Assembly: GCF_964204645.1 (NCBI RefSeq)
Contig: NC_134026.1
Coordinates: 5,789,950-5,853,949 of the forward strand
DNA length: 64,000 bases
Reading direction: 5' to 3'
From: Tubulanus polymorphus
Taxonomy: Eukaryota; Animalia; Nemertea
Each line of letters opens with the position of its first letter. Within the stretch, counting starts at the first letter, position 1. Of this stretch, positions 25,601 through 40,800 are shown in pieces. A model generated the notes under the pieces. That model was not told where the DNA came from and did not search any database. It was given only the letters and a program-made list of their open reading frames with translations. The translations under genes and the position numbers were made by a program.

Positions 25601-28533
25601 ATAGCCTGGAGAAATCATTTTACTGACTCACGACAAAGCGCCTGAACCTCGTGTCGGGAAGCCGAGAACGAAATTGCGACTGCTTCAAAAATATGCAGAC
25701 ATATTTATCAGGCAACTCTTTGTTCAAATCATTTCCTTTCCGACAGCGCTGAACCCGAAACCCTCTAAACCCTCTGCTAGGCGGATTTCTCACACTTCTT
25801 ACACGTCGAAAATGCTAGCTGCATATTTCCCATTAAGCCTGCAGAAAAATGTCGTTAAAAAATGAAAACCTGTAGTTGAGTAATCTCACAAGTAATTGTT
25901 AATGAATTATATGTCTACGGTTTTCGGTTCATTTAACACATAGAGTTCCGCGAGTAATTGGTAGAGTTTAGCGGAATCTCGCTGCGACTCAAACGCGTCG
26001 AAACCTGCAATTTCCAACTTTCCTTTGTCCGCTAACCGCATGGAGGTTTGCTTATTTGAAAGCCTCGCTATAACATTTTGCAAAACGTTGCCAAGACATT
26101 CATTTCGCGAATGATGACCTTTTTATGGAGTAATAAAGGGTTCAAACCAAATAATCTGGCATTCTTTATCTACCTTTCATAAACGTAGTAATATTGCGCG
26201 TCAAACAGGAACCACGCCCAAAATAAAAATGCACATATTCTTCAAAGGATAAGTCAGAAAATGTATCGGAGCCTAAAATCCAGTTCCAATGTGACGTAAT
26301 GTTCTAGTTCTACTTGTTGATGCAAGATGACAGTACCAGCGAGGAATCATTTCGTTTAAATAGATCAGATTTACGATACCGAAAAAAGACTGAATTTCGG
26401 GCCATCGCGAATCTTCCATTAACGAACGCATTAACCCGGACTCAGGTGAAATCTATTTACGACTCGAGCATCAATTCGATTCCGGGATTCATTCAGATCC
26501 CGTCACGAATAGTGACTTTATTTCGTTTCAATCCCCCGTGCGTTACCCGTAGGGCCGGTATTCCGATAGTCAATCATTGAAATAGATCTCTCGCAGGGAG
26601 ACGTACGAGACAGCCGTGACGAGAGTGGACAGCGTTAAACCGACCAGATGATAGTATGTCTTCCTGCAAGATGAAGAAAAATCCCAACCGAATAATACAC
26701 AGCAATGGTTTTCCTTTCTTTTGTATAGAAAATAGTCAAGGATTTCATTATGATGGATAATACAAGATCTTTTATGTGGCCCTTAACTGCCTATACGGAA
26801 TTAGAAATGATTGACAATTTTCCTGGTTTTACTACTGTTCCCTTTTTCTTTTTAAGCAGGCATATGACCTACTATTTATTTAAATTTAAATTCTATATAC
26901 CTGTATTTCAATTTACGAAATTTACTTTTATTACTAAATGATTATGAATATACTATTTTCCAGATGTTGTAAGTGCCTTAGAGCAGTGACTAACACTAAA
27001 TAGGGCAACAAAATGACATTTGGTAATAGCCAAGTTCATTTGACACTCTTAGGTCCATGAGTATTCAATTACTGAAAAGAAATCTACCGTGTGTAAAACT
27101 ATAGATTATAGAAAAGGAAACTTAGTCGAGAGACTGTCCGTCATTGCGTGGTCAACTTTCAGGCAGATACTTCGTGAATGCCAGTGCCAATGTACTTCCA
27201 CAGGTTACCGAATGCAAGCGCTAGTAAATTGTGCATTGATAGATTGTCGTTGAATTTATGCCGAGTCCATCCTGAGAAATCATTCGGGAACCAAACAGGT
27301 TTTTACATCTCGTGTCAATTGTATTCGGTGATTTACCGGATAAAGTGTCCGTCTTTTGTTCGACTGTGAAGAAAGGTTGTCGAACTTTACTGATTAATTA
27401 TACCACAAGTGAAATCGGCGCCGAAACCACTATTTCAAACAATCGTTCGACCCGCCTTCTCTTTAGTGAAATTCAAGATGGCATCTTTTCCGATTTATTT
27501 GCCGAGGATTTTCCATCGATTGGACCTTTTGTTCGACGCGGCGGCAAATTCCGAATTTATTTCGCCGACGCTATAACTTTCCGCATGAAATGTTTTCGCA
27601 ATTTAGAAACAACCCTCGCAACGTTTAGTGGCACGGACTCTTTTAGTCGTTTGTCGAAGCGTTATTGGCAATGATGGCCTAATTGGTGTTAACATTGTCG
27701 TGAATTATGTACGGACGAAGGAAAACTATCGATGATTTCTCTTACGAGAAAGTCACATCGCTATTTTGTCGATAATAGTTCTATCAATCAAAATAATTTC
27801 ATGTCTGCCTTGAAATAACACGATAACATTCTATAAACCCAGCCGATGCGCTTGGCTGTATAGGCTATACATTTATTTGGAGTTTTATTCCATGTCATTT
27901 GAGTGATAAAAAATGGTTTGGAAATTAAAATACTCCGGTCTATGACAATGGCAACAACAAAGTATTTTGAAGAGTTAGTACAATACCAAATTTACACCCT
28001 TTTCATGCTCAAATGACAGTTTTATAATCATGGAAAATGACATCAAAATTGAGACCATGGGCTACCTTCAAAAATATTCACGAATATGGTCTTTCCTCTC
28101 AAGCGAAAAGTATTTTTTTGAGTCCATGGACCGGACTATATTGCTAAGATACTTGGATTGCGGTTGCAAAATCAAATGGGCCGTTTACCAAAAGATGGTA
28201 TAACAAAATTGAATTCGTTTGATGAAATCGGCCTGCAAGTCTTCAAACTGACGATATGACAACGTTGGACTTAAAAACCATGCATAATGAACATTGACTT
28301 GAGTAGTTGTGGTGGTTTGTCTTAAATCGTTTCTTTTTACTGCAGCTATCGTGAACACAAAGAAACGACAATAAGACTTATTTATTGTTACCGGTTTTAG
28401 ACAACTTATGTGTCGTTTTTTCTTTTCCTTTCAATTCTCCCTATTGTATTTTGTTTCTTTCCTAAGGGCTGCTTCCAGGTTCAACCTAAATGTTGTTTCA
28501 AATCAGTCATTCACCTAATGTTATTATATTTTG

Positions 28534-28590
28534 AATGTATATTGTTTATTCATTAATTCTGTAAAAATTTTATATGGAAAATAAATAAAT
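28534..28590 (+). repeat. Short dispersed repeat ending in AATAAA, copy 1
   Basis: aatgtat(a)ttgtttatt(c/g)attaattctgtaaaaatttta...aaataaat is shared with 35415-35465. Confidence 0.65.
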
Positions 28591-31353
28591 TCTATAAACC
28601 AATTGAAAGAAATCAATCTTTCAAGCCAAACATGTTTAAGATCGTAAGGAAAGAGTAATTTTGCTCATAACTGGACCCAGTTACGTATATAGTTCTTATT
28701 CGAAAATATCTGAAAGTCGGTCTTCGCTCTCACTTCTTCTTTCTTATACTCAGTCAAATCTATAATTCACAAGCTGGGATCGAGTTCCTGAAGATTACTA
28801 TTGGGAAACGTCGAATCAATGAACTATCAACATAAAGGAAACTTTTTGGGCTTCATATTTGGTTATATTAATGTGCGATTCACTATATATGCAACCGAGT
28901 GAAATTGGGGGTTGGAACTTGTCTGGTTCGATGTATCACCTTCAAGCCGACAGTTGAAGCATATACAAGAATTTATTTCTTATTCAGTCGACGCGCGGTA
29001 AATGTATCATTTTTATTGTTTCAGCCCGAGTAAATTTAACGGAAGTTCAAGTTCCTTTCAGCATGGTTGAGAATTCCCCAAGGCCGGGAAATTGTTTTTC
29101 TTTCTTCGCGCGCAACAACTGGAAAATGTGATCGTAATCATTTTCAACAGCACAAATTAACGAATCGCTAACGGTTTTCGGAAAAAGTTCGCTGATGAAA
29201 TACACATGTTTCAAAAAACCACGCGTAAAAAAATAGTACGCTTTAGCATAAAAATTGGAAAATTGCTTTCGTCCAATGGAAAACTCATACACAGACAAAG
29301 ACTCATCAATATTCCTTGATTGAAACTCACGCTGCATGATCTTTGTTATTGAAGGTGTGGAAACGATTTGTGCGAATCAATCTTCACAAAAATGCGACTA
29401 AACGAGAATTTTAGGGTTGTTTTTATGTTTCTCGGCGGGAAGCAACTTTCCGTTCTAGTTTCACAGCAGGTTGAAGATCGTTAAAACTCGGATCGGTCTA
29501 TAACAACTGCGCTAATTGCCCAGATTTTTTCTATTATCCCGGTGCACTCTACTCCGTACATGTATAGAGAAACCTTCAGTCTGGTCTTCAATCAGAGATC
29601 AGTCGTTACGAACCAAGGTTCGATAAAAACTCAAGAGTGGAAATAGCCAGTTGCTATAATGTAGAAGACATTACCCCCCCCCCTCCCCCCATCCAGGCGA
29701 TCTATATGCCAACACAATTAACATGTCTAGCGTATCATTATCTAATCCTGAATTCTCTATTGTTGCGGGTTCAGATTTTCGCGATGAAATGGAAATGAAA
29801 ATCAATCAATTTACTTCCAAACTAGAACTAAATCAAGCAATGACATCAACTGGTGATCATATTGTAGAATAGCCATAATAATATATTTCGCTTTTAATCT
29901 TGAATATGTAACAGTGGGTTTTAACTATAGTGGCGAGCCGTTGATGACCAAGTGCACTAGTTCAGCATTGACCATAAGTCTAATCCACAACAGTTTACAA
30001 CTGGCTCACTTAAACTACAAATGCTTAAAATACGAGTTCTATCTTAAAATACAGAAACTTTGTTAATCCGAACGATATTCATGCAATTGAAACAGATTTG
30101 TTATTTGAGGGGGAATCATATGATAAATATAGACATTGCGTGACGTTTAATTTCACTTTTGTAACGATCGTTCGATGTCATTTAAACCGATTTTTGATTG
30201 AAGAGACACAGAATAATATACTATGCGCTTAAGGGTTAAAATCGTTTGAATGTCGTTTGATGTCGAAGAAAATACGCGTTTCATATTGAACATAATCGGA
30301 TCAATAAGCCACTAAAAATCGGATAACCATAAGTTCTTCCCGTTAGGTCCCGATGCCCAGTAACATACTATAGCGTAATCATTAGATTACCCAATAAAAT
30401 TCTATTTTTGAAAACGCATCTACTTCGGTTCCAGTCGATAATGAAATGTCAAATCCATAAGACTGAAGAGCGAAGGCGCCGTCGGAAGATAGCGTCACGG
30501 TTACAAATGATTGCGGTAAAATACATGTATACATACGATCACGCGGGATGAAAAAACACACATTTGTTAATGTAGTTTTTACAGATATTATTTGATGTTT
30601 CTTAATGTTTGATTTTGTCGTGCGAGGCTTGCATCACCCAATAAATACATAAGTGACATTTTTGTCATTTCTTCTATACTCGAGGGCTTTGCACCAGCCC
30701 TGTGGCCATTGAGATATATTGGCGTGCCGTTGATACGGTCCATCTGAGATTGATCAACTAGCCGTATAGAATATTTTTCATCCGAATTGGCAAGCTTGCT
30801 AACCTTAAAATCAAGGTCAAGGACAAAAGTGACGTCGATGAAAGGACAACGCCGTCCAAGTGATCGTGCGAACATCCATTGTATTAACATATTAGCCATA
30901 TTAATACTTATCTGAAAATGCTAAATGCTGCGTGACTTAAAGATAGGGTTGTCTTGACAACTCACTCTCGTCTAGTTTATTGTTTTAACGTTTCGTCATG
31001 GCAACGACGGCGAAATTGTGACAATATCTGTCGTCAGAATACCACACTATAACTACAACGCGCCAAATGTCGAATATATCTGTTAAGGATAGACCACATA
31101 TTCCAATGGGTTTTTTTTTCGTGTATGTTACGTTCTGGTGCCTCGATAGAGGCATGGCATCTCTTATGTCTGACCTGCGGGTTAAACTCTATACATGAAA
31201 AATCGACGAAACATAATTCTATTAATATACAAGATCAGGATCGGGTCAATGTTTAATATGACGTAGAGTAATATAGGATGTGTTTAGATATGGAGTTGAA
31301 AAACTAATTAGAATTAAGAAACTAGAATTAGTTAGAATAGAATATTGAATATA

Positions 31354-31566
31354 CAGGGCATCAACTGTTTTTGGATTGGAGGGGCAATATCCAAAAGTTA
31401 ACCAAGTTATTTCGGTCGGGAGCCTCTAATAACGGAGTAAAAGATAATTCTAGGCCAATACGTAAACGGCGATGTTGTTGAAACTACAATCATTGGGGTC
31501 GTATGCCCCCCTACGACACCCCCTACATTACCTATGCGACACCCCCCTACATTGACGCCACCCCTG
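31354..31566. mobile_element. Degenerate CAGGG-terminated MITE-like element
   Basis: cagggcatcaa ... ttgacgccacccctg ends; G-rich left and C-rich right subterminal tracts; duplicated cgacaccccc(c)tacatt. Confidence 0.4.
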
Positions 31567-34500
31567 TTAATATACGCGAAAACTGTTTGTTTGTGTTTAG
31601 TAATCGTTTTATCATAAAAGCTGTGTAACAACGATTACAATGGTGCCAAAGTACCTAGATATGGAAAGAAATTAGGCTTTTTTCCGTCTGCAATCTGATG
31701 GCATAATTTGTCAGACGGATTTTGGTAAAAGCTTTAAAATTGTTCCCTCGGTGCCGCCTAAATTGTCGCTCTATCTGAGCAAGTGTCAGTTCGTATATTT
31801 TCACTTTATACCATGTGATAAGTTTTCTACCAAACACCGACAAGCACGGGGGAGAGAGACTTTGTTACAAAATGAATTGCTATTCTATAAGAGATACGTC
31901 TGAATCAAGATAAGCGATTTGACGGCTATGCTTTGCAGCCGAAGCTATTTCTGTCAATGTTTTGATTGATCGAACTCTCGAGTAGATACTTCTTCTTATG
32001 AAATATAAACGAGCATCGTCCCTTTCCTGTTTTCAAATCGGATTTCGGATGTCAGTCATCGAAGCTTCTATATCCTTCAATGTGTCACCTGAAAACGGGC
32101 AATCAGTTTTTTTTCTTGCGCGTGGCCGACAAATTAAATTCACAATTTACACCATTGCCAAACACTGCCTGATCCTACCCTTAGAGTAGAATCATTACTC
32201 AGATGGATGAAGCGAACACTTTGAGGAATTCATTGATAAACTGAATGAAATCCGAGGATTGAAACTAATGCGGATTCTTCCCCGATACGCCGTCAGTCCC
32301 AGAGCTTCTGGATCCACTTCAACTCGACGTCCAGCACGAACCGGTATTGAGAAGGACCTAGTTGTCTCGTGATATGATTTATTTGCAAAAACAGCTCGTA
32401 TATCTTTCTTGATGTCACTTGTCTGCCGTGTTTGATGTTACCGTGAAAAATTATGGTTGTTCGTTACCAGTAATCACTCTGGAATCAGCCATGTGCACAA
32501 AATAACCAGCTCATTACGACATCTGCCATATACCCTAAATTGACTAGGAATATTTTCTGATTTCGTCGTTGCTGCTGCATCACGGATGGTTAGACGTTTG
32601 ATTCGTTCACTAGTAAACCTGATCATAAGCTCAAATACATACAATACTTAGAAACATGCATTCCTAGGCATCCCATATACAGCACTCAAAATCGTATTTG
32701 AATTTGAAATTAGTGCTATATTTAGCTGTGATTGCTTGATTGAGAGCTGCTTTGCAGTTCTTCGGTTTGCAGACAATTTTTCAATCCTTCCTCAAATCAG
32801 GGGTTTGAGAAAGGACGTAAATCGATTTATGAATTCGAGACATTTTGATTGTCCAGCTACCTTCAACGGACATTTTTGGACATTTAGAATTGTACTTTTT
32901 TTAATTGTCTAGGGTTTAGAGAGTAACCTTCAGTCAGAAGCCATGGAAACATTCCTCGCCAATATTGTGTCCGCCACACGCCAGCGTTATTGTCAACCGT
33001 ATTTTGAGTTTTCTTTAGTCGAGAAAACTGTTGTCGTTAGGCGAGAAAATAATAATTCATTCGCCACGCATTATTCGAATACTATGTGGAAATACCGTTT
33101 TATGATTGATGTTTCGATTAGCTGGCCCTCAGGCGCAAAACACGTGATACAGGTTTATTGAAAAAACTAGGACCGCCGCGTTCAAAACAAAGGTTGTTAG
33201 CGTGAATAGTGTTGCTTGCGTTGTGAATACGCTGACGTTTAAAAGAAGTCATTCGCTAGTTCCATTCAATACTCCTCTCCGCAGTGGTTTGGCTATCATA
33301 CACACTTCAAAATACAAATCTAGTTATTCTTCGGGAAATTTAGCGCATTGCGTACAGATATTGTGTATCGTGAAATGTTGTCTGACAGAGTGCGCTGAAA
33401 GACGTCGCTTGTAGGGAGAAAGGGCTCGCTTGACAGCCGTCAAATCCGCGCAGTTACAGTCCGGTATTAAATTCCTGCCTTCTGCTGCCGTCTCGTATAT
33501 GGTCGGATGTTATAATACGCCGCGAGGAAAGCGAAAAACGTTTTATTGCGTTAACGAAGGATCAAAAAGGTAAAGTCATTAGACATTTTGTCAGATCTCA
33601 GTAAATAATTCCCGTGCAGCGAATTTCATATGAAGGCTAATTTCATGGCGTATACGTTGGAAGCATGAAGATCAGATAGCAATTAGACGTTTTATCAAGT
33701 GAGTTCGCTGATAAAAGGGAACAAACACTGAGCACCAACTGTTCAGTTCTGCCATCAATTTTACATCCAAGGCAAATTTTCTCTGCAAAAAAAAGGCTCG
33801 AGGAACTTGTTTGCGCTTTTCTGTAATGCTTCGCAATCTATTGACGTCGAGTTGGCGGAAGTTGAACTGACTAGATGACTGCAATCTCTTCTTACATGAT
33901 GTATCGTTTGCGTCATAAACAAAATGATATTCTTTAGATTTTCATCGACAAATGAAAAACTTAAGCAACATCGTGGCTTTCAATTGACCTCGAAAAATGA
34001 TTATTGTTTAACACATGGGTACGTCATTTCTTGTGCTCTTATGCTTAAGTCAAAAGCTTTTTTTAGGTAACGAAATGAGTTTTCTTACGATAAGAGTTTC
34101 GCACAAGACAATGGTCTAAAATCTTAATTAAATCTTAGAATTTGTTTGTAAGGTCTTACGTGGATTGGTTATAGAGCCGTAATAGGCTTTGAGTGGCTAT
34201 ATAACTGTCAAACTGATCCCCAGGTTTAAGTCAGATATTATGTTTTGCTTCAAAGTCAATTATATATAAGATTTTAGCCCATTCTTGATTTTCGTCTTGA
34301 CTGTCTAAGTCGACCCAAAGTCTACGTTTGTAGATGGTTGACTGGGCATGACAAGTTTTTGTTCGAAAATGTCCAACCCTCTCATTGCGTGACTCGGAAT
34401 CGATATACGTATACTTTCTATTCAGTCGGGTTTTCAGAGGAATTCAAAGGAATTAGCCACGTGTGAAATACAGTGGCGGAATTTTCACAGCAAGAACAAA

Positions 34501-35178
34501 AGCAACAATTAAAAGCTCGAATTAATAGTTTGAAGTAGTTTGAATTATTTATTGCAGTTTCTCTATCAGCCCGCGAACAATACGCGTTCGACAGTTGTCT
34601 AATAGGTTGTTTGTGTAAAATCATTGTTTAAATATTTACAAAGTCGTCGCTGTTTGCAATATTCGAGTACCTCTTAACTATACACGAGTGTCGTATGCTC
34701 GACAGGCAACGTGTGAATTTCTCTAGAGAGAGTATAAATCATGCTAGCTTCTTGTGGTCAATAATTCAAAATTACTATGTACATATATAGATGTATAACG
34801 AACAAATTCGAGTTAACCGTTAAATCTAAAAGAAAGATGGATGGGTTTCTATTTTCTATCTTCTAAATTGTGTATTTTCAAGTGTCTGAATACGTTGTTG
34901 TCATTTTTCTTCTGCACCGATAATTGTAGAAATACGTATGTGAAATATAGAAATGCATATTTTATAGATATTTCAAATGTATCAATATGCACTCATGTAC
35001 CTCTGAATCGCGATCTCTCAATTAGACGTCCACTTGTAATCTGTTTGTGTCCCTTCTTTATGAAAATCCTAGATGCGCCCGCGAATCACGCCATACATCC
35101 CCTGCAAAATAACCTCAAGTAAAAGTTTTCGCCAATTTTTCAGAATACAATAGGTTGGATCAGTTGAACTGTTGCTTA

Positions 35179-35379
35179 AAGCCCAACGCACACAGCAAAA
35201 CATTTGTTTCGCCGAAACAGAAAATACGTTTTTCAGAAAACGTTTTTTGTTCGTGAAAAACGTTTTTCAGTTCGGCGTTTTGTATTTTGCCTCCCCCGCA
35301 CACGGCATAACAAAAAACATCGAAAACGATGGAAAAAACGAGGAAAAAACGTTTTTTCGGTGCCGTGTGCGTTGGGCTT
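35179..35379. mobile_element. ~200 bp MITE with 19 bp terminal inverted repeats
   Basis: aagcccaacgcacacagca ... tgccgtgtgcgttgggctt (1 mismatch); interior built of repeated AAAACGTTTTT palindromes. Confidence 0.8.
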
Positions 35380-35414
35380 CAAAGCAGTCCTTCATTTGAT
35401 ATCATTACATTTTT

Positions 35415-35465
35415 AATGTATTTGTTTATTGATTAATTCTGTAAAAATTTTACTTGAAATAAATC
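35415..35465 (+). repeat. Short dispersed repeat ending in AATAAA, copy 2
   Basis: Matches 28534-28590 over ~50 bp. Confidence 0.65.
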
Positions 35466-36004
35466 ATACCATAACAATGGAGCGCGAGTAGATAGAATTT
35501 AAAGGTCGATTGATTGGTATTTGTGTATTCAATTTATTGTATAATACAATTTGTATTCAAAATATTACAGATTAAAATTGAAATGATACACAAAGTTATC
35601 GCACGGCATATTACGATTAAAAAGGGTGCACAGTTCAACAGATACTGTTACGAATTAAAAGTTGCTATATTACGAATTAAAAGTTCTTCAATTCTCGCAT
35701 CGCAGAGTAAAAATATCAAGTTGAAAATAGTTCAGCGCAAATAATATTTTCTTAAGTTCATAGACGTTCAGTGATACTTAGTTAGAAGTATCATGTCTAT
35801 TAAGCTTACCTATTAGTACTTTAATCCATAAAAATAGTAAGTAGGCTAAATAACTTGGTGTTTCTTTTAAATGGAAAGAATCGGGGAAATATGAATAACA
35901 ACGCAACTAATTGGAGAAAAAAAAAACGTGCTTTGAAATGAGCCTTAAAATCGGGAAAAGGGGGATTTTCAAATCCCTTGAATAATTGGCGATTTCTCTC
36001 GCTT

Positions 36005-36058
36005 AAGCCCAACGCACACGACACACGGAAACGCGGAATTCCGACGAACGTTAGGCTT
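36005..36058. mobile_element. 54 bp internally deleted derivative of the 35179 MITE
   Basis: aagcccaacgcacacg ... cgttaggctt; same left TIR with a degenerate right TIR. Confidence 0.6.
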
Positions 36059-39000
36059 TGTTATACTCTGTTAACAAAAGCAATCTCCGCGGAGAAATCC
36101 CGTCCATTCGATACTCGGAATTAATCATAATATTTTGTCAAAGATATTTCAGATTATATGCGTCGATCTTTTCTAGCTTTCGTCCAATCACACCGATTTT
36201 CGAAAACAGTATTGAACTGTCTGCCTTTCCCCAGCAATGCTGCGATACGTATCGTCAAGATATTCATTTACACGTTTGCAATCTTAAAGACAAGTACGCT
36301 CCACGATCTATGTATATAATTCTGCACAAGCAATATATCGTGTGATACAAATAGCAGCGGAATTTAAAGAAATGTCTCATTAAAATTAGGTTTTCCATTA
36401 AACGTGAATAATTAATTGAAGAAATGAAAGGAAATGGAAAGTCTATAAATGTTAATCGAAGCGTAGAATGAAAATACATTTATATTCTTATTCTACGTAA
36501 AAGGTGATTGTCATTGGGGTCCTTAAAGCCACAAACATATATACTATTGGAAGTGAATGGGTAAAATCAGCGTCGACTCCGTGCTATGCCTGAACACTAA
36601 ATGTTAATTACTTGTTGCCGCGTATTATTTTTGGCTCGTCACTTTAGATGTCTATTTCTTCGAAGTTTTTAGCGAGCCAAAACTTTTCGAATTCGTAAGA
36701 CGAGTTGAATAATGCGTCTAAAAGCCTGAGCTTAAAATAAGCCTCTCAGTTACTGATGGCAGTAAGGATCAGTATAGGTAAGATTTCATCGTTAATTCCC
36801 GTTAATGCATCTCCCTTCTTTTCGGCAGCTATCGGTGTTTACGGTATGAACACTAATAATTGCCGCCGTGTACATAAACACCGCGATATAATACACTCAT
36901 AGTTTTGCATTATTAGTATATATCCCAATAATTTTGGGTGAAAGTGCACGAGAACAACGTTTGATCGCTTCGTAAACGCCGAGTAACGGATACGAGATAA
37001 TGGCCGTTAGGAATTAACTGAATTCGAACTATTTATTAAACACCTTCTGTTATTGCACGCAGCGGTTGATATCATAGTCACTATAGCGAATAGAGTATGA
37101 CGGATCATTCCCCGAACTTAATTACAGGAAAATATTTCCGTACATTTGCAGACGACCGCTCTCCCGGTGATTGACTAAACATCATCATCGCCGTCGCCGA
37201 CAAGCTTCAATCTGATAATTGAGTTAGGTCCCGATGAAGATTAGAAAACATGAAGAGTACGCAATAATCTGAACTATTCCAATTAGGCATTGGTTTCTAA
37301 TTGGATTTTCTCGGCGAAGTTTCGCGTCAAAAATGAAATCTGTTAAAACCTGAAATCTACCATTAAAGCCTATCCTACCCAATCATTACCTATTTAGCTA
37401 GGAATGTGTGACTATTAGCTGGATCCAAATCATGTGAATTTCGGATGCAAAGCCAGCCGCCCGTATGTTGGCATACAGAACAATTCAGAGGGTTTGCAAA
37501 TATTGTTTCACATAATGCATATTGATATATCGCAGATTAGTCTATATCTGGCTCACTAACAAGACGAGTACTCTCGTAGAGCGACAGTATTATCTATAGT
37601 GGATCTCGCCTTCTGTTCTGGAATAGAGACGAAAACTTAGGCCTACAACATCCGGGGCGTATATTTCTGTGTGAATTAGCTCTCCTTGAAACGAAAAGGA
37701 CTGAGATATTTGATCTGTTTTTGACATGAGAATGTTTCGACGATGACTACTTCAAAGTGTTCGGCTCCATATACCAGGCTCTTCGCGTAGTCACTCCATG
37801 ATTCACATCTCAGCGAGAGAGCGCACGCAAACCGAACCGGAACCACGTGATCTTCGGTAGAATCCCCGAACCCGCGTATAAACGCGGAGCGACGGCATAC
37901 CCCTCGAACGACATCGCACGACATCGAATCTCCGCATGTCGTAACAAGGTTTTCGGTCCATGGCTCTTCTTTCTCCGTGGTAAACAATTGGAAACCATCA
38001 ATCACATTAGCTTGCCTAATGCTTACCGTGCTTGGTGCTTGCCAAGTCACGACCAGAATAATAAAAGCGCGCTCATTCATCACTTTAGCCCGAATTTTTA
38101 TGTCTTAAACGGTATCTAGTTCGTTCGGCTTTTCATTTTGCATTTCCCCCCTGAAATTCGATTAGACTTACTGGAATTCGATTAAATCGAAAAACAAGAC
38201 TATAGAAATCGAGTTCGCTGCTCAATCACCCGCGCACACACGAGCTTATCGGCCATTTCGTGTGAGAGAAGTTTTCTCGGTTTCGCTGGAAATACATCGG
38301 CGAATATTTGCGTCCATGTCTGTTAACTGATTCATACCATCGGCGCATGGGTTGTTTTTGCGCCAACAGCGCTGCATGAATCAATTTATCAAGTCACCGG
38401 GGATGATTGGATCGAAGGAATTTCGATTTAGGACGAGGACCGTTGCAATTACAGAAATAAAGCCCGCGCATTTAACAGGCTCTGCAGTGATCAATACAAT
38501 GTCCATCACTTCTCCATTCCGGCCAGAGAAAAAAACTCAAGGATATTCCGCAAATAAAATGACACGTTTATTTTCGCAGTTTTTTTCAAGAAGATGTAGA
38601 ATTTGATTTGATTGTATATATATATATAGACATTTGTTTAGAGAATATAGGCTACTGCGACTTGTTATTCAGGTCCCGAAATACTGAAATTTCAAACCCC
38701 AGCAGCCTATGATATTTATACAATAAACATGGTTATTTCTTGTAGAAGAAGAGAGAATAAAAATGGGCTCGTGATATGCAAAAATTTGTGATTCGATAAT
38801 GACGGGATTATGAGAATACTATGAGAAGAATTGGTTAACATAGATCATAGTTTACTCTCATTTTATCAACAAAAACTTAAAAGATTGACATATCCCAGGT
38901 TACTTTCAGCAAGTATGTAATCTGCATACTTTTACCTCCACACCTTAATAATGTAATGATAGATTACGTTTTAACCTACACTTGCCCTTATCGAACACGA

Positions 39001-40619
39001 CTAAAGAACATCTAAGGAAAGATATGTATTGAGTGAGTATAGCTGATTTACATCGGTCAATGGTTCGCCAATTCGTGCTAAAAGGAATCTTTTAATATGC
39101 TTTTAATAGTGATTCTATATATCTCTACTGCTTCAATATTATCCCAAAATATATATTATCCTAATGTTTCTAAAACTTCCTCGGCAAATAAAGAGGGATT
39201 TTCATACTAGTTTTTCGTACAGTTTCCTTACATGAAAAAATAACCTTCTTGAAAAATCGACTTATATTATCAGAGACAGTAATGATGCATTTTCTTTGTT
39301 GACTTAAAAGTGGAAATATTTTGAATATAAACCGAAACGATGGAGACCATGTGGTCTGCGAACGAGACTTCGCTATTTCCTCATCGATGTCATTAGCCTA
39401 GATATAAAATTGACTCGTCATCTGTGGTCAAATACTAGTCATTAGCCACGAGTTCCCACGCGTAATAAAAGAAAGACTCGGTGGGGTAGATGAAATAGGC
39501 ATTTATTCAATTAAGAAAGATACTGCCCATAAAATGGCAATGAATGACTGCGCTTGGTAGACTCTCGAGTTGACGCAACATTTGGCAACAGACGAACGCA
39601 ATTCTCTATCGTAGTGAAAGCTGGTTGGTCGTGAGCCGGCGAAAACAACCGCAGAAAATGCCAGGCAAATACACCGGAATTTGAACCGCAATTGCGTGAG
39701 AAATGTTTCCCGTAGTTTCTAATACCGGGTAACCCTGAGGTGATAATTGCCACCCGATGGCGTTCACTATAAAATAGGACGGCAATAAACACAAAGTAAT
39801 ATCGGAGGTAATTTCCTCCTGAATTACCGAACACATTTGATTGGCATATTTTGTGACTCGTACGTAAAACGCTAAAGGTGAACTATGTCACGATATGTTT
39901 TTGTTTTCTGCATTCAAACAGGTCCTTAAAAATGATTCGTAAATGTGATTTGATTCGCGTCGGCACACGGTGCCGGTATCATATTTGTGCACTTATATAT
40001 TCAAAGCAAAATCGCAAATCAAACAGTTTAGACCCCTACGTTATCTTGTAGTTAGGGTGCTAGAAATTTGGCTTTCACCAGTGCGAATATTCAGTCAAAA
40101 TACTTAATCAGGCAGAAAGTGAGATTTTCATAATTGTTACACACCAGGACGTGTTTTGTGTGCTTCACTTTGTGTTGGATTACTAATTTTTTTCATATCA
40201 CAGTTCGAAGACCAAGTATCATTTCATTCCAAAATTCCATAGATTTGTGCCTTTGATTTTCGTAATGAAATTCTAAACAATTACTTCGGTTTAGATTTGT
40301 GTCAAGTTAGACCCGAGGGCGAGGCGCTTTATCTCGTTATATCTTCTTAAGAAAATAGGAAAAGTTTTTCTATGTATTCCGTGTTAGGAGGGGGCACTTA
40401 GACGGGTTCCGATTATGGAGTGTTCTATAAATAATGCGTAATTGCTTTTATGACATGGCACATAAGTTGACCCTTCATTTCATTTCGCCGATACTGGCGT
40501 TAGAGTAAATTACATTTGACATAGTCTATCGCCGTTCTCACATTTGACATCTGGATCACAATTCTTCGCTAATAACTGCTATGTACCACTTCATTTCAGA
40601 CACACAATACGCCGTGATT

Positions 40620-40800
40620 GCCTCAGGAGAGAAGATTTCGCAGCAGCAGCGGCGGCAGCGGCAACGTCGAAGAAGATGCCTCTCTCTCGTTAGCATCCCG
40701 TTAGACGGCGCTGCGAACCCTCGCCGAGATATACTCTCTCGCCTGGCAACCAATCAAATACACACGCGCATTAGACTTGAAAATATATCGCAGAGTAAGA
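40620..40800 (+). promoter_or_regulatory. Candidate promoter of the LRR-Ig gene
   Basis: GC/CpG-rich patch with (GCA/GCG)n and CT tracts ~800-950 bp upstream of the ATG. Compositional inference only. Confidence 0.3.

Noticed and set aside
30342-37236. Exact 14-mer gttaggtcccgatg at 30342 and 37223
   Set aside because: Several 14-mer matches are expected by chance in 64 kb, and the flanks do not align.
37676-38119. Overlapping ORFs up to 135 aa
   Set aside because: No recognisable protein features; consistent with random ORFs in a CpG-rich patch.
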